DNA of 64,000 bases. It comes from a virus. The stretch spans positions 82,089 to 146,088 of IMG/VR virus record IMGVR_UViG_3300045988_119573; one strand, given 5' to 3'. Shown here piece by piece: positions 9,450-20,018 of the stretch. Below the pieces are notes generated by a model. The model was not told the DNA's origin, ran no database searches, and saw only the letters and a list, made by a program, of their open reading frames with translations. Position numbers and translations under genes: made by a program. The number at the start of each line of letters is the position of its first letter. Positions within the stretch are counted from its first letter, which is position 1.

Positions 9450-10010
9450 TTACTCTCCAAATAAATGCTGAGGTGCAGTTTCGGGAGCATCCTTATATTC
9501 TAAATAAGTATAGTTCTTTATTTCATATCCAAGATTATTTAAGAAAATTCGTGTTGGAAATTTCTTTACATATCTGTTATATTCTTTAATCTGCTGATTA
9601 TAGTTACTGCGATATTCGGCAATTAAATTCTCTGTGACAGATAATTCGTTCATTAACCTTTTATAGTTCTTATCCGCCTTGAGTTCTGGATAAGATTCTG
9701 TAACTGCTGCAATTGCTGTGCTTGCATTTTCAACAGTTCCTTTAGAACTACGTCCTTTAACGATTTCTTTAAGTGTATTTGCCTCATGTTTATCATAAGA
9801 TTTCACACAATCTACCAAGTTATAAATCAGATCAACCCTACGTTTCTCTTGTACATTAATGTCAGATTTTGCTTTATCAACCTGTTCTTCTAATGAAATT
9901 GCATGGTTCTGCGAACTCTGAACCCCAAATGTGCAGGCTAGAAATACCGCCACAACTCCTACTAGAATGATTACTGGAATCTTCCATACAGTGTTTTTCT
10001 CTTTACTCAT
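9450..10010 (-). CDS. lemA: LemA-family membrane protein
   Basis: N-terminal TM followed by EEQVDKAKSDINVQEKRRVDLIYNLVDCVKSYDKHE, typical of LemA. Confidence 0.65.
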   Translation of the reverse strand: MSKEKNTVWKIPVIILVGVVAVFLACTFGVQSSQNHAISLEEQVDKAKSDINVQEKRRVDLIYNLVDCVKSYDKHEANTLKEIVKGRSSKGTVENASTAIAAVTESYPELKADKNYKRLMNELSVTENLIAEYRSNYNQQIKEYNRYVKKFPTRIFLNNLGYEIKNYTYLEYKDAPETAPQHLFGE

Positions 10011-10012
10011 AT

Positions 10013-11998
10013 TTAATTTTCTCCCTTCAGAATTTTAATCAGTCCATCTTCGTCAATGATCGGAATACCCAATTGCTGTGCTTTCTTGTTCTTACTGCTT
10101 GTGGAATTCACATCATTGTTCACAAGATAATTCGTATTTGTGGATACAGATCCTGCGACTTTGCCACCTCTGGACTCAATTTCATCCTTGATAGCATTAC
10201 GATTGGCAAACTTATTTACTTTACCAGTCACAACAAAAGTCATTCCCGTAAGATCAACAGCAGATTCTTTCTTGCTTTCTGGCATTTCAAATTCAAGTTC
10301 TTCGGCTAATTTCTCAACCATTTCAAGGTTTTCTTTGAAATAATCATCCATTGACAATGAAGTATTGATACCAATACCATCAATATGTCCAAAATATTTT
10401 CTCTTTTTGATTCTTTCGATAAACACATCATATGGATTTTCGTTATTCGATAGAGAAATCTTATCAATAAGCTTGCAAATATCCTTTGCCGTTGACTTCC
10501 CAACAAGTTCAATGCCAAGTGCTGTTACGAAATTAACCAGTTTACATCTGCGACTTTCCTCGATACTATTTAATAAGGAAGAAACACTTTTTGCACCAAA
10601 TCCATCAAGGTTCTTCATCTCAGTTTTATGCTCTGCTAAATTATAAATATCTGTATAATCTTTTAGCCATCCAAGATCAATAAATCTTTTCAGAGTTGCT
10701 TCGGATAAACCTTGAATATTCATTGCATCTCTGGAAACAAAGTTTACAAACTTGCTTAATAGCTTTGCCTTGCAATCAGGATTCATGCATTTCAGAACCT
10801 TACTGCCATTCTCGTTGATGATTTTTGCTGCGCCACCGCAGGTTGGACAAGTATCTGGAATCTTAAATGTATTGCTTCTTGTCAGATTATCGTGTACTTT
10901 TGGGATTACCATGTTGCTTCGATAAACCTGAATCGTATCACCTGCACCAAGTTCCAATCCTTCAATATAACTTACATTATGTAATGTAGCTCTTGTAGTT
11001 TCTGCACCATCAAGATCAACTGGATCGAATACTGCGACTGGATTAATCAATCCTGTGCGAGATGTATTCCATTCAATATCTCTGATCGTTGTTTCGTAGA
11101 GGTCGTCGATCCACTTTAACGCCATCATATTTAATGGATGATGTCCTGTTGTTCCAAGTGATTTACCATACTGATAATCGTTATAAGTAAAAATCAAACC
11201 ATCAACAGGATATTCATATGCCTCTGGATCAAATTTCTCAATATATTCTTCGACATTATCTCGATTAACAATCTGATGTTCTACAACGTCAAATCCCTGC
11301 TCTGCAAGATATTTAAAACTATCAGCAATACTTGACATTTCTTCTTCAGATACGCCATCAATTTTGACTAACTCAAATGCTTTGTAAGCAAGTTTTCTTT
11401 CCTTTGCTACATTCGCATCTAACTGCCTGATTGTACCTGCTGCCAGATTTCTTGCATTCTTGTATTTACCATGCAACGCTTCATTGATTTTCTGGAAATT
11501 TTCATAACTAATAACTGATTCGCCACGTATCTCAATACTACGCTTGTCAGGAATCTCAAGAGGTAAATTGAAAATCATACGTGCTGTATGAGTCACATCT
11601 TCTCCAATTTCGCCATTTCCCCTTGTAATTGCTTGTTTTAAGCGTCCTTTTTCGTACCTTAGTACCACCGTCAATCCGTCAAGTTTCCACGATAAAACAC
11701 CAATTTTATCCGCAAGAAATTTTTTGACCTCATTGACATCCTTCGTCTTCTGAGCTGATAACATTGGACGTGTATGCTTTACTTTAGCCAAAGAATCAAT
11801 TATAAATCCTTGAACGTGGTGGATGGGCGAATTATTCAAAACAACGCCAGAATCTCTCTCAAGTCGTTCTAAAGCAGTGCATAAATCGTCAAATTCTTTA
11901 TCTGAAATGATCGGATTATCCTCTGCGTAATACGCATATGAAGAATCCTTGATTCTGTCGATCAAGACATTCATTTCTTTCACATATTCAGTTTTCAT
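10013..11998 (-). CDS. ligA: NAD-dependent DNA ligase
   Basis: Adenylation motif SWKLDG (KxDG), ~661 aa, Zn finger CPTCGG...CMNPDC, C-terminal BRCT domain (MTFVVTGKVNKFANR...). Confidence 0.9.
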   Translation of the reverse strand: MKTEYVKEMNVLIDRIKDSSYAYYAEDNPIISDKEFDDLCTALERLERDSGVVLNNSPIHHVQGFIIDSLAKVKHTRPMLSAQKTKDVNEVKKFLADKIGVLSWKLDGLTVVLRYEKGRLKQAITRGNGEIGEDVTHTARMIFNLPLEIPDKRSIEIRGESVISYENFQKINEALHGKYKNARNLAAGTIRQLDANVAKERKLAYKAFELVKIDGVSEEEMSSIADSFKYLAEQGFDVVEHQIVNRDNVEEYIEKFDPEAYEYPVDGLIFTYNDYQYGKSLGTTGHHPLNMMALKWIDDLYETTIRDIEWNTSRTGLINPVAVFDPVDLDGAETTRATLHNVSYIEGLELGAGDTIQVYRSNMVIPKVHDNLTRSNTFKIPDTCPTCGGAAKIINENGSKVLKCMNPDCKAKLLSKFVNFVSRDAMNIQGLSEATLKRFIDLGWLKDYTDIYNLAEHKTEMKNLDGFGAKSVSSLLNSIEESRRCKLVNFVTALGIELVGKSTAKDICKLIDKISLSNNENPYDVFIERIKKRKYFGHIDGIGINTSLSMDDYFKENLEMVEKLAEELEFEMPESKKESAVDLTGMTFVVTGKVNKFANRNAIKDEIESRGGKVAGSVSTNTNYLVNNDVNSTSSKNKKAQQLGIPIIDEDGLIKILKGEN

Positions 11999-12081
11999 AA
12001 TTTTTGGATTTTCCTTTTCTTGTTTATATTGTTTAGTTAATTATTTTAATTTGTGTTTCTATGTCTTTTAGTAACTGCCAA

Positions 12082-12720
12082 TTACTTTACTACATATATT
12101 TTTCTGTGCTGTTGCACATTTATTGTTTCGGAATGTGTTGATTTGAACACGTCTACATGCATTCCTTTTACTTTGCCTCCACAATCTTCTGCCACAAAGA
12201 TTGTATCACCGTATCCCTCAATCTTAACTCTTGTTCCATAAGGGATAATGTTTTTATCAACCGCAATCGTATGATACGGTCGAGCAAATCTATGCCCTGC
12301 ATGATTCCAAGCAATCTTAGATCCATATCCTTCAGAACATTCATAACATGGACAATATGCCGTGATCAAAAATGTTCCAAGTGAACTCTTTTCAAGTTCT
12401 TGCTTTCGCTTCAACCGTTGTCGTTTAATTCGCAATCGTTTCTTTCGAAGTTTTTCTAATCGAATCTGCCTTGCTTTCTCCTCATCAGCTTGCTTACATT
12501 TCTGATAATGCTCATGAACGTCTTTTAATTCAACGCTTTGACTGATTGGATTGTTTGAAATCACATTGCCTTGCTTATTTTCTGCAACAGTTGTCTCTGT
12601 TGATAAGGTTGAAGTCTCTACCGAGGGTCGCTCCTCTGCTTTAACTGTGTGAGTCATAAAGCCCGAACACATTGCTAAGAAGCTAAATGAAACAACTTTC
12701 ATTAAAAATCTTTTTCTCAT
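12082..12720 (-). CDS. Secreted 3D-domain protein (MltA/RpfB-like cell-wall binding/lytic domain)
   Basis: Signal peptide, then a C-terminal 3D-domain pattern (YGTRVKIEGYGDTIFVAEDCGGKVKGMHVDVF). Start set to MRKRFL at 12720 (AAGGAGA RBS), because 12744 coincides with the predicted +1 of the upstream promoter. Confidence 0.55.
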   Translation of the reverse strand: MRKRFLMKVVSFSFLAMCSGFMTHTVKAEERPSVETSTLSTETTVAENKQGNVISNNPISQSVELKDVHEHYQKCKQADEEKARQIRLEKLRKKRLRIKRQRLKRKQELEKSSLGTFLITAYCPCYECSEGYGSKIAWNHAGHRFARPYHTIAVDKNIIPYGTRVKIEGYGDTIFVAEDCGGKVKGMHVDVFKSTHSETINVQQHRKIYVVK

Positions 12721-12750
12721 TTTTGCATCTCCTTTCCTTAACATATTGGT

Positions 12751-12797
12751 ATTTTACCATACTTCTTGCACCCTGTCAATAGGTGCAAAGAATAAAG
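12751..12797 (-). promoter_or_regulatory. Promoter TTGACA-17-TAAAAT with a 23-bp palindrome over the -35 (copy 1 of a repeated element)
   Basis: Minus strand AAAAATTAACTTTATTCTTTGCACCTATTGACAGGGTGCAAGAAGTATGGTAAAAT; palindrome TTGCACC-N9-GGTGCAA; a near-identical copy at 57288..57345. Confidence 0.5.
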
Positions 12798-15050
12798 TTA
12801 ATTTTTTAAGCTTAACCATGTGCGTCTCTTATTATGATTTGTTACGATACATCTCTTGAACGCTTCTGGTTCTGCAAGGAGCGCAAATCTTTTCTTAGCT
12901 CGTGTTAACATCGTATATAACATACAGTTATCAAGCAATTTGTAATGTGTGTTGTCAATAATACCAATCACAGTTTGTGCAGCTGATCCTTGAAGTTTAT
13001 GCGTGGTTAATGCATATGCCAATTGAAGTTGTCCTAACTGAGCGAAAGAATATTCAATCATCTTCTTATCCATGTCTGGATTCATCATAGCGTGAACAAC
13101 TTTCTTATCATAATCAATACCAGTAATGTATCCAATGTCTCCATTGAATGTATTTCTCTCATAGTCGTTACTGGTTTGAAGCACTTTATCTCCCACATAA
13201 AACTTCTTTGTTTTGCCGTATGTAACAAACCTTGCATTGGATTTATTTTTATACAATTCTTTCTGAATTGCTGCATTGAGTTCTTCTGTAGAATTCATAC
13301 AGCCAGCCTTACGAGAAGAGATTACAATCACGTTATCCATACCGTCTTGTTTAACACATGTCATGAATTGTTTTACAACCAAATTAAAAATATTCTCACG
13401 ATTATTTCTGAAGATGTAAAACATATCATGCAGTTCTCCATGAACTTGTTTAGCACTAAAATCCTCAATTGGTGAAATCGCTCTACGCACTTTTCTAGCA
13501 TCACTAAGAATACCAGACTTTTCTGCTTGTCTCATTGGCTTCGTTAATTTCACAGAAGCCAACTCATCCATTTTGAGCAGATCAGAAAAGATATTGCCAT
13601 AGCCAATTGGTGGTAACTGCATATGATCTCCGCTAATAATAATCTTTGTACCTGGACGAATTGCCAAAAGTAATTGATAGAACAACCCTGCATTAACCAT
13701 ACTTGCCTCATCTAAAAGAACTACATCTATTGGCAACGGATTGTTGGCATCGTGCATAAATGAATCTACGCCTTGTGCCTCAAGCAATCTATGAATAGTC
13801 TTTGCTTCTAATCCTGTTGCTTCTTGGATTCTCTGTGCTGCTTTCGCAGATAATGCACATGCAGCAATGCTGTAATTTCTTTTCTTATAACATCTGATGA
13901 TCGGCTTTAATAAGGTAGTTTTACCAGTTCCAGCTTCACCACTAATCAAGACGACATTTGTTTGTAATGCAGTATAAATACCTTTGTTTTGTTCTTCACT
14001 AAAAGTAAATCCTTCTTCTTTTTCAACTTCGGCAATAACTTGTCCAATTTCGTTTACAGTGATTATCTCTTTCTTCTTGGTAGAATTAGTATCTCTGCGT
14101 TCTTGCAACAATGCCAGTATATTTATTTCTGTGTCATGGTACTTTTTCAAACCAATTAGTTCGCCACTAACATAGATGTCTGGAGGAAAATCATTTTCAA
14201 CATAATCGTCAAATATATGCAGACACTCTCCAACTGTTGTACTAACTTCTGATCGCAATGTGGCAATCGCCATATATGTATGTCCGTCACTTTCGCCAAG
14301 ATTCGTTAAATAATACGTCATAAAATAATCAAGTCGATACTTGGAATCTCTCAATTCTGGACGGATCTTTAAAGCAATATCATCAACTTTCTTAAATCCA
14401 AGACCTCTGATCTTAGTTAAAATGTAAGGATTTGTGTTGATTTTATACTTTAACTTTTCTGGATCTGGCTCAGCTTCTACCAATTTCTTAATCATATTAA
14501 AAGTAATCCCATGAGGCTGTAGCATAATTACAACCTCGGAAATCACATAATTATTAATGATCTTCTCTCTGAGCTTCGCCCATGTCTTGTTGCCAAGTCC
14601 TTTAATCATAGATGTATCGATAGTCTTGCATTTTCCTGCCATAACATCCTCAATGATATTTGGATATTCAGCAAGCAAGCTTTCAGCAATTGATTCTTTC
14701 GCTTGTGTTTTTAAAAACATTAGCTGATCGGTCTGTGTTTTTGGAACATCTGCAACAACCGAAATCGGTTTATATTGATATTCATGATATTTTTGAGAAT
14801 AAATACATGTCGCTTTTACATTATACTTTGTCCCAATATATAACTGTTGAACTTCTCCAACAAGTTTACTTGCAACATATTCTTTATCTCCTGAGTCATC
14901 AAATTTATTATCATTGTATGGACTGAATTGTGGTATCTGGTCTTTTGTACAAAACGCATAGATACCAAACATTGATTCTTCATTATAAAATATCTGATAT
15001 GTAGGAATCATTTCAAACTCGCATACCTTTCCGCATGTCTGACTCTCCAT
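12798..15050 (-). CDS. RecD-like ATP-dependent DNA helicase (SF1)
   Basis: Walker A VLISGEAGTGKTT, Walker B VVLLDEASMV, C-terminal AYALTTHKLQGSAAQTVI (RecD/TraA motif V/VI). Confidence 0.8.
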   Translation of the reverse strand: MESQTCGKVCEFEMIPTYQIFYNEESMFGIYAFCTKDQIPQFSPYNDNKFDDSGDKEYVASKLVGEVQQLYIGTKYNVKATCIYSQKYHEYQYKPISVVADVPKTQTDQLMFLKTQAKESIAESLLAEYPNIIEDVMAGKCKTIDTSMIKGLGNKTWAKLREKIINNYVISEVVIMLQPHGITFNMIKKLVEAEPDPEKLKYKINTNPYILTKIRGLGFKKVDDIALKIRPELRDSKYRLDYFMTYYLTNLGESDGHTYMAIATLRSEVSTTVGECLHIFDDYVENDFPPDIYVSGELIGLKKYHDTEINILALLQERRDTNSTKKKEIITVNEIGQVIAEVEKEEGFTFSEEQNKGIYTALQTNVVLISGEAGTGKTTLLKPIIRCYKKRNYSIAACALSAKAAQRIQEATGLEAKTIHRLLEAQGVDSFMHDANNPLPIDVVLLDEASMVNAGLFYQLLLAIRPGTKIIISGDHMQLPPIGYGNIFSDLLKMDELASVKLTKPMRQAEKSGILSDARKVRRAISPIEDFSAKQVHGELHDMFYIFRNNRENIFNLVVKQFMTCVKQDGMDNVIVISSRKAGCMNSTEELNAAIQKELYKNKSNARFVTYGKTKKFYVGDKVLQTSNDYERNTFNGDIGYITGIDYDKKVVHAMMNPDMDKKMIEYSFAQLGQLQLAYALTTHKLQGSAAQTVIGIIDNTHYKLLDNCMLYTMLTRAKKRFALLAEPEAFKRCIVTNHNKRRTWLSLKN

Positions 15051-15065
15051 TATTTAGGCAGCACC

Positions 15066-15548
15066 TCATTTCCCTTTTAAATAATTTTTAAAGTAATACT
15101 CAAAATATAATCTAATAAACAGCCCAGAATATTTATTATCTGGCATGAAGAATATCGGAACATTGTATTTAAACCAAAAGCTGTGCAATGATCCAATGAA
15201 TGATTTCTTGTTATACTGCGTGTTGTAATTGCCATCTGCAATATCTGAGTAATTGGCGTTTTCAAGCAGAATAACTTTTGTCTCTGGTGCAAGACTTAAC
15301 TCTTTTTCAAATCTGGCACGATCTTTTGATAAATTGCCACTGATTTCTTCAAGACTTCCTTTGCGCTCAACACATACTTTGCTGTCAAAATACATATCTC
15401 TCTGAATACCAAGCTTCTCATTTGCAGGAATCATGAAACTGTAGTCACCATAATTCAATGCTTTCTTTTTATGATTTACACTTTTTCTATCGAAGTAACC
15501 TATGATATGATCAGCTTTTTGCTCCCTTGTGTCGACAAGGATTGTCAT
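15066..15548 (-). CDS. ERCC4/Mus81-type nuclease domain protein
   Basis: ILVDTREQ ... GDY ... VERKGSLEE matches the ERCC4 nuclease motif (D/E...ERK). Confidence 0.5.
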   Translation of the reverse strand: MTILVDTREQKADHIIGYFDRKSVNHKKKALNYGDYSFMIPANEKLGIQRDMYFDSKVCVERKGSLEEISGNLSKDRARFEKELSLAPETKVILLENANYSDIADGNYNTQYNKKSFIGSLHSFWFKYNVPIFFMPDNKYSGLFIRLYFEYYFKNYLKGK

Positions 15549-15598
15549 CGAGCTGACGAGTTCTTTGATTTCCTTGTCGGTATATTTGTAAAATTGAA

Positions 15599-18500
15599 TT
15601 ATACTAATTCCTCCTCTACGTCATTTTTAATAGTGAAATTCTTAAGCCAAAACTCAAATTTATCTGGCACATCTTTGTAGATTTTCTTTCCTGTTTTTGG
15701 ATTGATCTCCCCAGTTGGTTCTTTTTTATGTTTCTTCTCAACTGATTTCAGATATAGAATATCTCCTTCATCAAATGGATTCTTCTTATATTGGGTTGTC
15801 CACATTTTAACTTTTTGTGTTTTCCCAGAGTAAATTTCATATAGTTGGATGTTCACGATGGATTTTGTTACAGATAAATCTTTGACATAATAATATCGTT
15901 TGCTAATGTTTGGGTTAATGTAACTGATGTAACCAATATATTCTTTCTGATAATCCATCCGTTCAATTATTGAAACTGGTGAATATACCATACTTGATGT
16001 CATATCTTTCAAAAATCCAATATAATCAAATTCTTTCAATGTTTTTTCTGTCTGTTTCTGACAATACTTTTTGATTAATTCAATATCTTCGCCTTCTTTT
16101 TGGAGCTTTGAAATTGTAAACTGTTTTCTGCCATAGAATTTGTCATAGCACTCAACCTGTTTAAGTAGATAATTAATGTCTCCAAATTCAGAAAAGAAAT
16201 CTAATTTAATTAAAATATCTAACTGTTTAGAATTGACAGATGTATTAGATATGTCTTGCAACAAATCTATAAAAGAATCATATTGATTATCTCGTAATGC
16301 ATACAGTTCTTCCCCAACATTATCTCCAACAAATTTAATGGACGACATGCCTTTGAATATTGTATGACTCTCTTTATCATAAGAATATTTTGAGTTAGAA
16401 TGCCTAAACTTAATATCGCTTAATTTAATACCAAAATACTCTAACTCATTTGTCAGTTTATTCGTTCGTTCTTTGTCTCCAACGTAATTATTGAAGCAAA
16501 CACTGTAGTATTCGTAAGGATAATTGACCTTTAGATATGCTCCATAACACATGTCCAATGAGGTTGCTGCTGCATGGGCTGAACAAAATCCGTAGCTCAT
16601 ACAACTTTGTACCAAATGCCATGTTTCGGAAAACATTTCTTCTGAGCCAGTATTAATAATCCATTGCTTTTTGATTCTTTCCTCAAGATTATCAAAATCC
16701 GATTGTTTAATTTTTTTCTTGGAAATTTTCTTAATTAAACCAATAGATTCAGCTGGGCTAACCCCTAACCAGTCAAAATATTGCATTAATGATTCTTGAA
16801 ATAAAATGTATCCATGAGTATCTTTTAAAACATCGTCTAGCTGATCTGAACCAGTTGTATATGGTTTTCTATCTAAAAACTGTTCTCTCCATGAATCAAA
16901 AGACGGTCTTATGGCTGCTGCAATATGGGCGCCATCCTCAAATGACGAAATACCATACTGTTTTGCTTGTCTACATCCATTGTCGCTATCAACCTGATTT
17001 AAAGTACATGTAATACCATTTTTAAATAAATCCCATATTCGCTGATCATCTTTAATTTTATCCAATAATTCATTTGCCTTAATAATCGGAATTCCAATCT
17101 CTTTAAATGTTTCATCAATAAGCTTCCAGACCGTGACGATAAGATAATCGTTTTTAAGTACCTTATATTCATCTGCTTCAGATGAAGTAATTAAAACACA
17201 TACGTTTTCACCTAAACGAGTAACACCGTACTCATAAAGCAAATTAGTGTTGCTTAAAATATGGGCGCAAGGATGTACAGAACCAGATATAATTGTTCCA
17301 ACATAGCGATTTGCCTCTTCGATAATCGGTTTCCATTTCTGATCATCTTGATATTCTTCCAGATTTTTTGCCACATGATTAAATTCGTCAAATGACATAT
17401 TCTTAGACCTACATACATTTCTAAATGCTTCAGATATTTGCATGGTTCCTGGTGCATACATTGGATAACACCCGTGTTCACCAAGCAATTCCCTTGAAGC
17501 TTTAATAAATGGTTCTTGGGATTTTACGTTAAAATCTATATCGGGCAATGAGCGATTCTCTAGCAATCTGGCAGTAGAAGCAAATCTGTCTGGGAAAAGC
17601 GGAAGATTAATTTTAAATCTATCTAGTTGTGTCATTCCCAATATCCTATTTATATAGAAGGAACCGCAACTACCTCTTCCACCACGAGTCAATACGCCAC
17701 CATATTTATTAACTGCAAGATCTACATTTTTCTCATTAAACAAAAAATAGTCCGCTGTATGTATTTCATCATTAGTATCCTCAATGATTTTCATCTCATA
17801 TCGAATTCCATCTTTATATTTTTTAAACTCTTCTCCTTCAATATGTTCTTCTTTTCGAATTTCTTTGAATCGTTTATTTACTTCCTTTTTTAGAAGACCC
17901 ACTCTTTGTTCTGGAGTCAAGTTAGGATAAATCGTAGGCATTTTAATTGAATAATCGAGTTGTATTTCTTCACATTCATCAAACAATAACGTATTATTTA
18001 ATGCATCTGAGATTTGTCTATCCGTCAAAACGCCTTGTTTCTTGAATCTTTCAATCATTGTTTCAGCAGTAGGATAATCTAATATAAAATCGTCTTCACT
18101 GCCGTAATTGATATGTTTGCCTCGCAATAATTCCAAACGTTCTTCTTTGCCTGATTCATCAATATAATGTGAATCATTTGCAGCAATTAAGCTTAACCCA
18201 TATTGATCAGACAAATATATCGCCTTTTTATTGATTTCAATTTGCAACGGATCATCATGAGTCTGAACTTCTAGCATTACATTTTCTTTAAAATGCTTAT
18301 ATAGAGGCATAAAAATCTCATTAATTGAATCCTTATCTCGTAATAATCCTGCTACACATGCAGTTGTAATATAAACATCGTTTGGATCGAGTTTTAATAA
18401 ATCGGACAGAAAAAATCTTGGTTTATAATAAAACCCTTTAATATTTGCCATACTCGAAACATAATTCATCTTTTTTCTAGCTTCATCAGTTTTCGGGATT

Positions 18501-18763
18501 ACTATGATATGATAATTTCTCTTGTCTTTCTGCGAAGCATCTGGAACGATATATCCCTCGATGCCTGCAATGCAACGCAGTCCATACTTATTACACAATG
18601 TTCTGGCTTCAAAGATATCACCAAAACTGCCATGGTTGACCGTCGAATAAGTTGTATGCCCATACTCCAAAGCCTTGAGAATATACTCTTCTTGTTTAGT
18701 ATTTGTGTCTGGAGTAAAGATATTTGACACATGATCGTGTTTGTGATAATTGTTATACCGCAT
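15599..18763 (-). CDS. dnaE: DNA polymerase III alpha subunit (DnaE-like, PHP domain N-terminus)
   Basis: 1054 aa; N-terminal PHP motifs (YHKHDHVSN..., GHTTYSTVNHGSF) and overall Pol III alpha-like architecture. Confidence 0.8.
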   Translation of the reverse strand: MRYNNYHKHDHVSNIFTPDTNTKQEEYILKALEYGHTTYSTVNHGSFGDIFEARTLCNKYGLRCIAGIEGYIVPDASQKDKRNYHIIVIPKTDEARKKMNYVSSMANIKGFYYKPRFFLSDLLKLDPNDVYITTACVAGLLRDKDSINEIFMPLYKHFKENVMLEVQTHDDPLQIEINKKAIYLSDQYGLSLIAANDSHYIDESGKEERLELLRGKHINYGSEDDFILDYPTAETMIERFKKQGVLTDRQISDALNNTLLFDECEEIQLDYSIKMPTIYPNLTPEQRVGLLKKEVNKRFKEIRKEEHIEGEEFKKYKDGIRYEMKIIEDTNDEIHTADYFLFNEKNVDLAVNKYGGVLTRGGRGSCGSFYINRILGMTQLDRFKINLPLFPDRFASTARLLENRSLPDIDFNVKSQEPFIKASRELLGEHGCYPMYAPGTMQISEAFRNVCRSKNMSFDEFNHVAKNLEEYQDDQKWKPIIEEANRYVGTIISGSVHPCAHILSNTNLLYEYGVTRLGENVCVLITSSEADEYKVLKNDYLIVTVWKLIDETFKEIGIPIIKANELLDKIKDDQRIWDLFKNGITCTLNQVDSDNGCRQAKQYGISSFEDGAHIAAAIRPSFDSWREQFLDRKPYTTGSDQLDDVLKDTHGYILFQESLMQYFDWLGVSPAESIGLIKKISKKKIKQSDFDNLEERIKKQWIINTGSEEMFSETWHLVQSCMSYGFCSAHAAATSLDMCYGAYLKVNYPYEYYSVCFNNYVGDKERTNKLTNELEYFGIKLSDIKFRHSNSKYSYDKESHTIFKGMSSIKFVGDNVGEELYALRDNQYDSFIDLLQDISNTSVNSKQLDILIKLDFFSEFGDINYLLKQVECYDKFYGRKQFTISKLQKEGEDIELIKKYCQKQTEKTLKEFDYIGFLKDMTSSMVYSPVSIIERMDYQKEYIGYISYINPNISKRYYYVKDLSVTKSIVNIQLYEIYSGKTQKVKMWTTQYKKNPFDEGDILYLKSVEKKHKKEPTGEINPKTGKKIYKDVPDKFEFWLKNFTIKNDVEEELV

Positions 18764-20018
18764 TCATTAATCCTCCAGCTTTTAATCTATTTAGTAGATT
18801 GGCTTCTTGAATTCGAGAGATATTGTGCTCAATGACATATTTTCTTGTCTTTTCATATGAAATGCCATGGGATCTACAATATGTAGATAAACCAATCTGT
18901 TCTCCGTTCTGCATGACGACATAAATATATTTTACGGGTTTAGATATTTTATCGTTTTCTAAGATCTTCTTTTTGATAATATCAAGAGAATTTGGCAAGA
19001 TGTCTAAAATCATCTGGTCAAGAATCCTGCTTGAATTCGCATCAAACCTTATATATCTCTTATCTAATTTTTGTTTTGCATTTAATCCAAATCGTTTTTT
19101 ACATAATTCAATATATAAATCGATTTCTTGTTGCGTATATTCTGCCAAGCACAATTCCCACGCTGATTTATCTCTACTTCCATCATCCAAACAATGTAAG
19201 ACAAGCCCGAATTCATTCAATTTTTCAATTTTATTTATTCTGGGCATATTACGAATTTCTTTAAGATCATTGATAATTCTTGTCTCAAACCTATAATAAG
19301 GTTTACACAAATATTCTTTACCAGATCCAAAATCTTGATATCCACCTTTATAATATTTTGGCTTAGAACTACATAAATCTTTCAATTGATTGTACTTCCA
19401 AAATACATAGTCTTTTTCACCAATTGAATGTGATTCAATATACATGGGCTGATTTTTTCTTTTATCAATATGTCCATCTCCCAATGTACCAAACAAGATA
19501 ATTTGATACTGTATATCGGACAACATCTTATTTTCTTTAAAAGTTCGTCTGTTTAATTTGTGTATTTCAGAACACCATTTTTGAATAACTCTTAGCGATG
19601 CATCGCATTCATCTGCCATTTCTTGATGACTCATCCCTTTAATAACATATCTTTCATAACACCAATCATAATCTTGATATGGTGCTTTAAATTTAGGATT
19701 ATTAGAGCGCATGTATTTATCGCCAAGTTTCAAATAAAAAGTTCTGGACGCTACGGCTGCCACTGATAAATTCATGTGTTCACTAATTTCATCTAATGAT
19801 AATCCGTTTTTATAAAACTCATCCAATTGAACATCTTCACTTTGTGTCCATTTGTGTCTACTTTTAGGAATCTTTTTTTCAGAATCAAGAATATGTCCAT
19901 GTTTTTTTATTTGTGTTAAATGTCGATTACATAAACATTTTTCTTTATTAAAGCTGTTATCCAAAGTGGATGATAAACCGCAGACTGAACAAAATACTTC
20001 TCTTCCTGCCATAATCAT
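18753..20018 (-). CDS. Free-standing LAGLIDADG homing endonuclease (double-motif) with N-terminal Zn-finger/HTH region
   Basis: Two LAGLIDADG-type motifs ILFGTLGDGHID and LVLHCLDDGSRD; N-terminal CSVCG...CLCNRH...H.H and a sigma-region-4-like HTH; own start with ATGA overlaps to both neighbours. Confidence 0.65.
   Translation of the reverse strand: MIMAGREVFCSVCGLSSTLDNSFNKEKCLCNRHLTQIKKHGHILDSEKKIPKSRHKWTQSEDVQLDEFYKNGLSLDEISEHMNLSVAAVASRTFYLKLGDKYMRSNNPKFKAPYQDYDWCYERYVIKGMSHQEMADECDASLRVIQKWCSEIHKLNRRTFKENKMLSDIQYQIILFGTLGDGHIDKRKNQPMYIESHSIGEKDYVFWKYNQLKDLCSSKPKYYKGGYQDFGSGKEYLCKPYYRFETRIINDLKEIRNMPRINKIEKLNEFGLVLHCLDDGSRDKSAWELCLAEYTQQEIDLYIELCKKRFGLNAKQKLDKRYIRFDANSSRILDQMILDILPNSLDIIKKKILENDKISKPVKYIYVVMQNGEQIGLSTYCRSHGISYEKTRKYVIEHNISRIQEANLLNRLKAGGLMNAV

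Noticed and set aside
15077-15292. 71-aa ORF inside the ERCC4 nuclease gene
   Set aside because: Alternative frame fully embedded in 15066..15548
18753-20018. LAGLIDADG endonuclease as an intein within the polymerase
   Set aside because: It is a separate ORF with its own start, overlapping the dnaE-like and recJ genes only by a few nt in different frames; no extein-intein junction motifs
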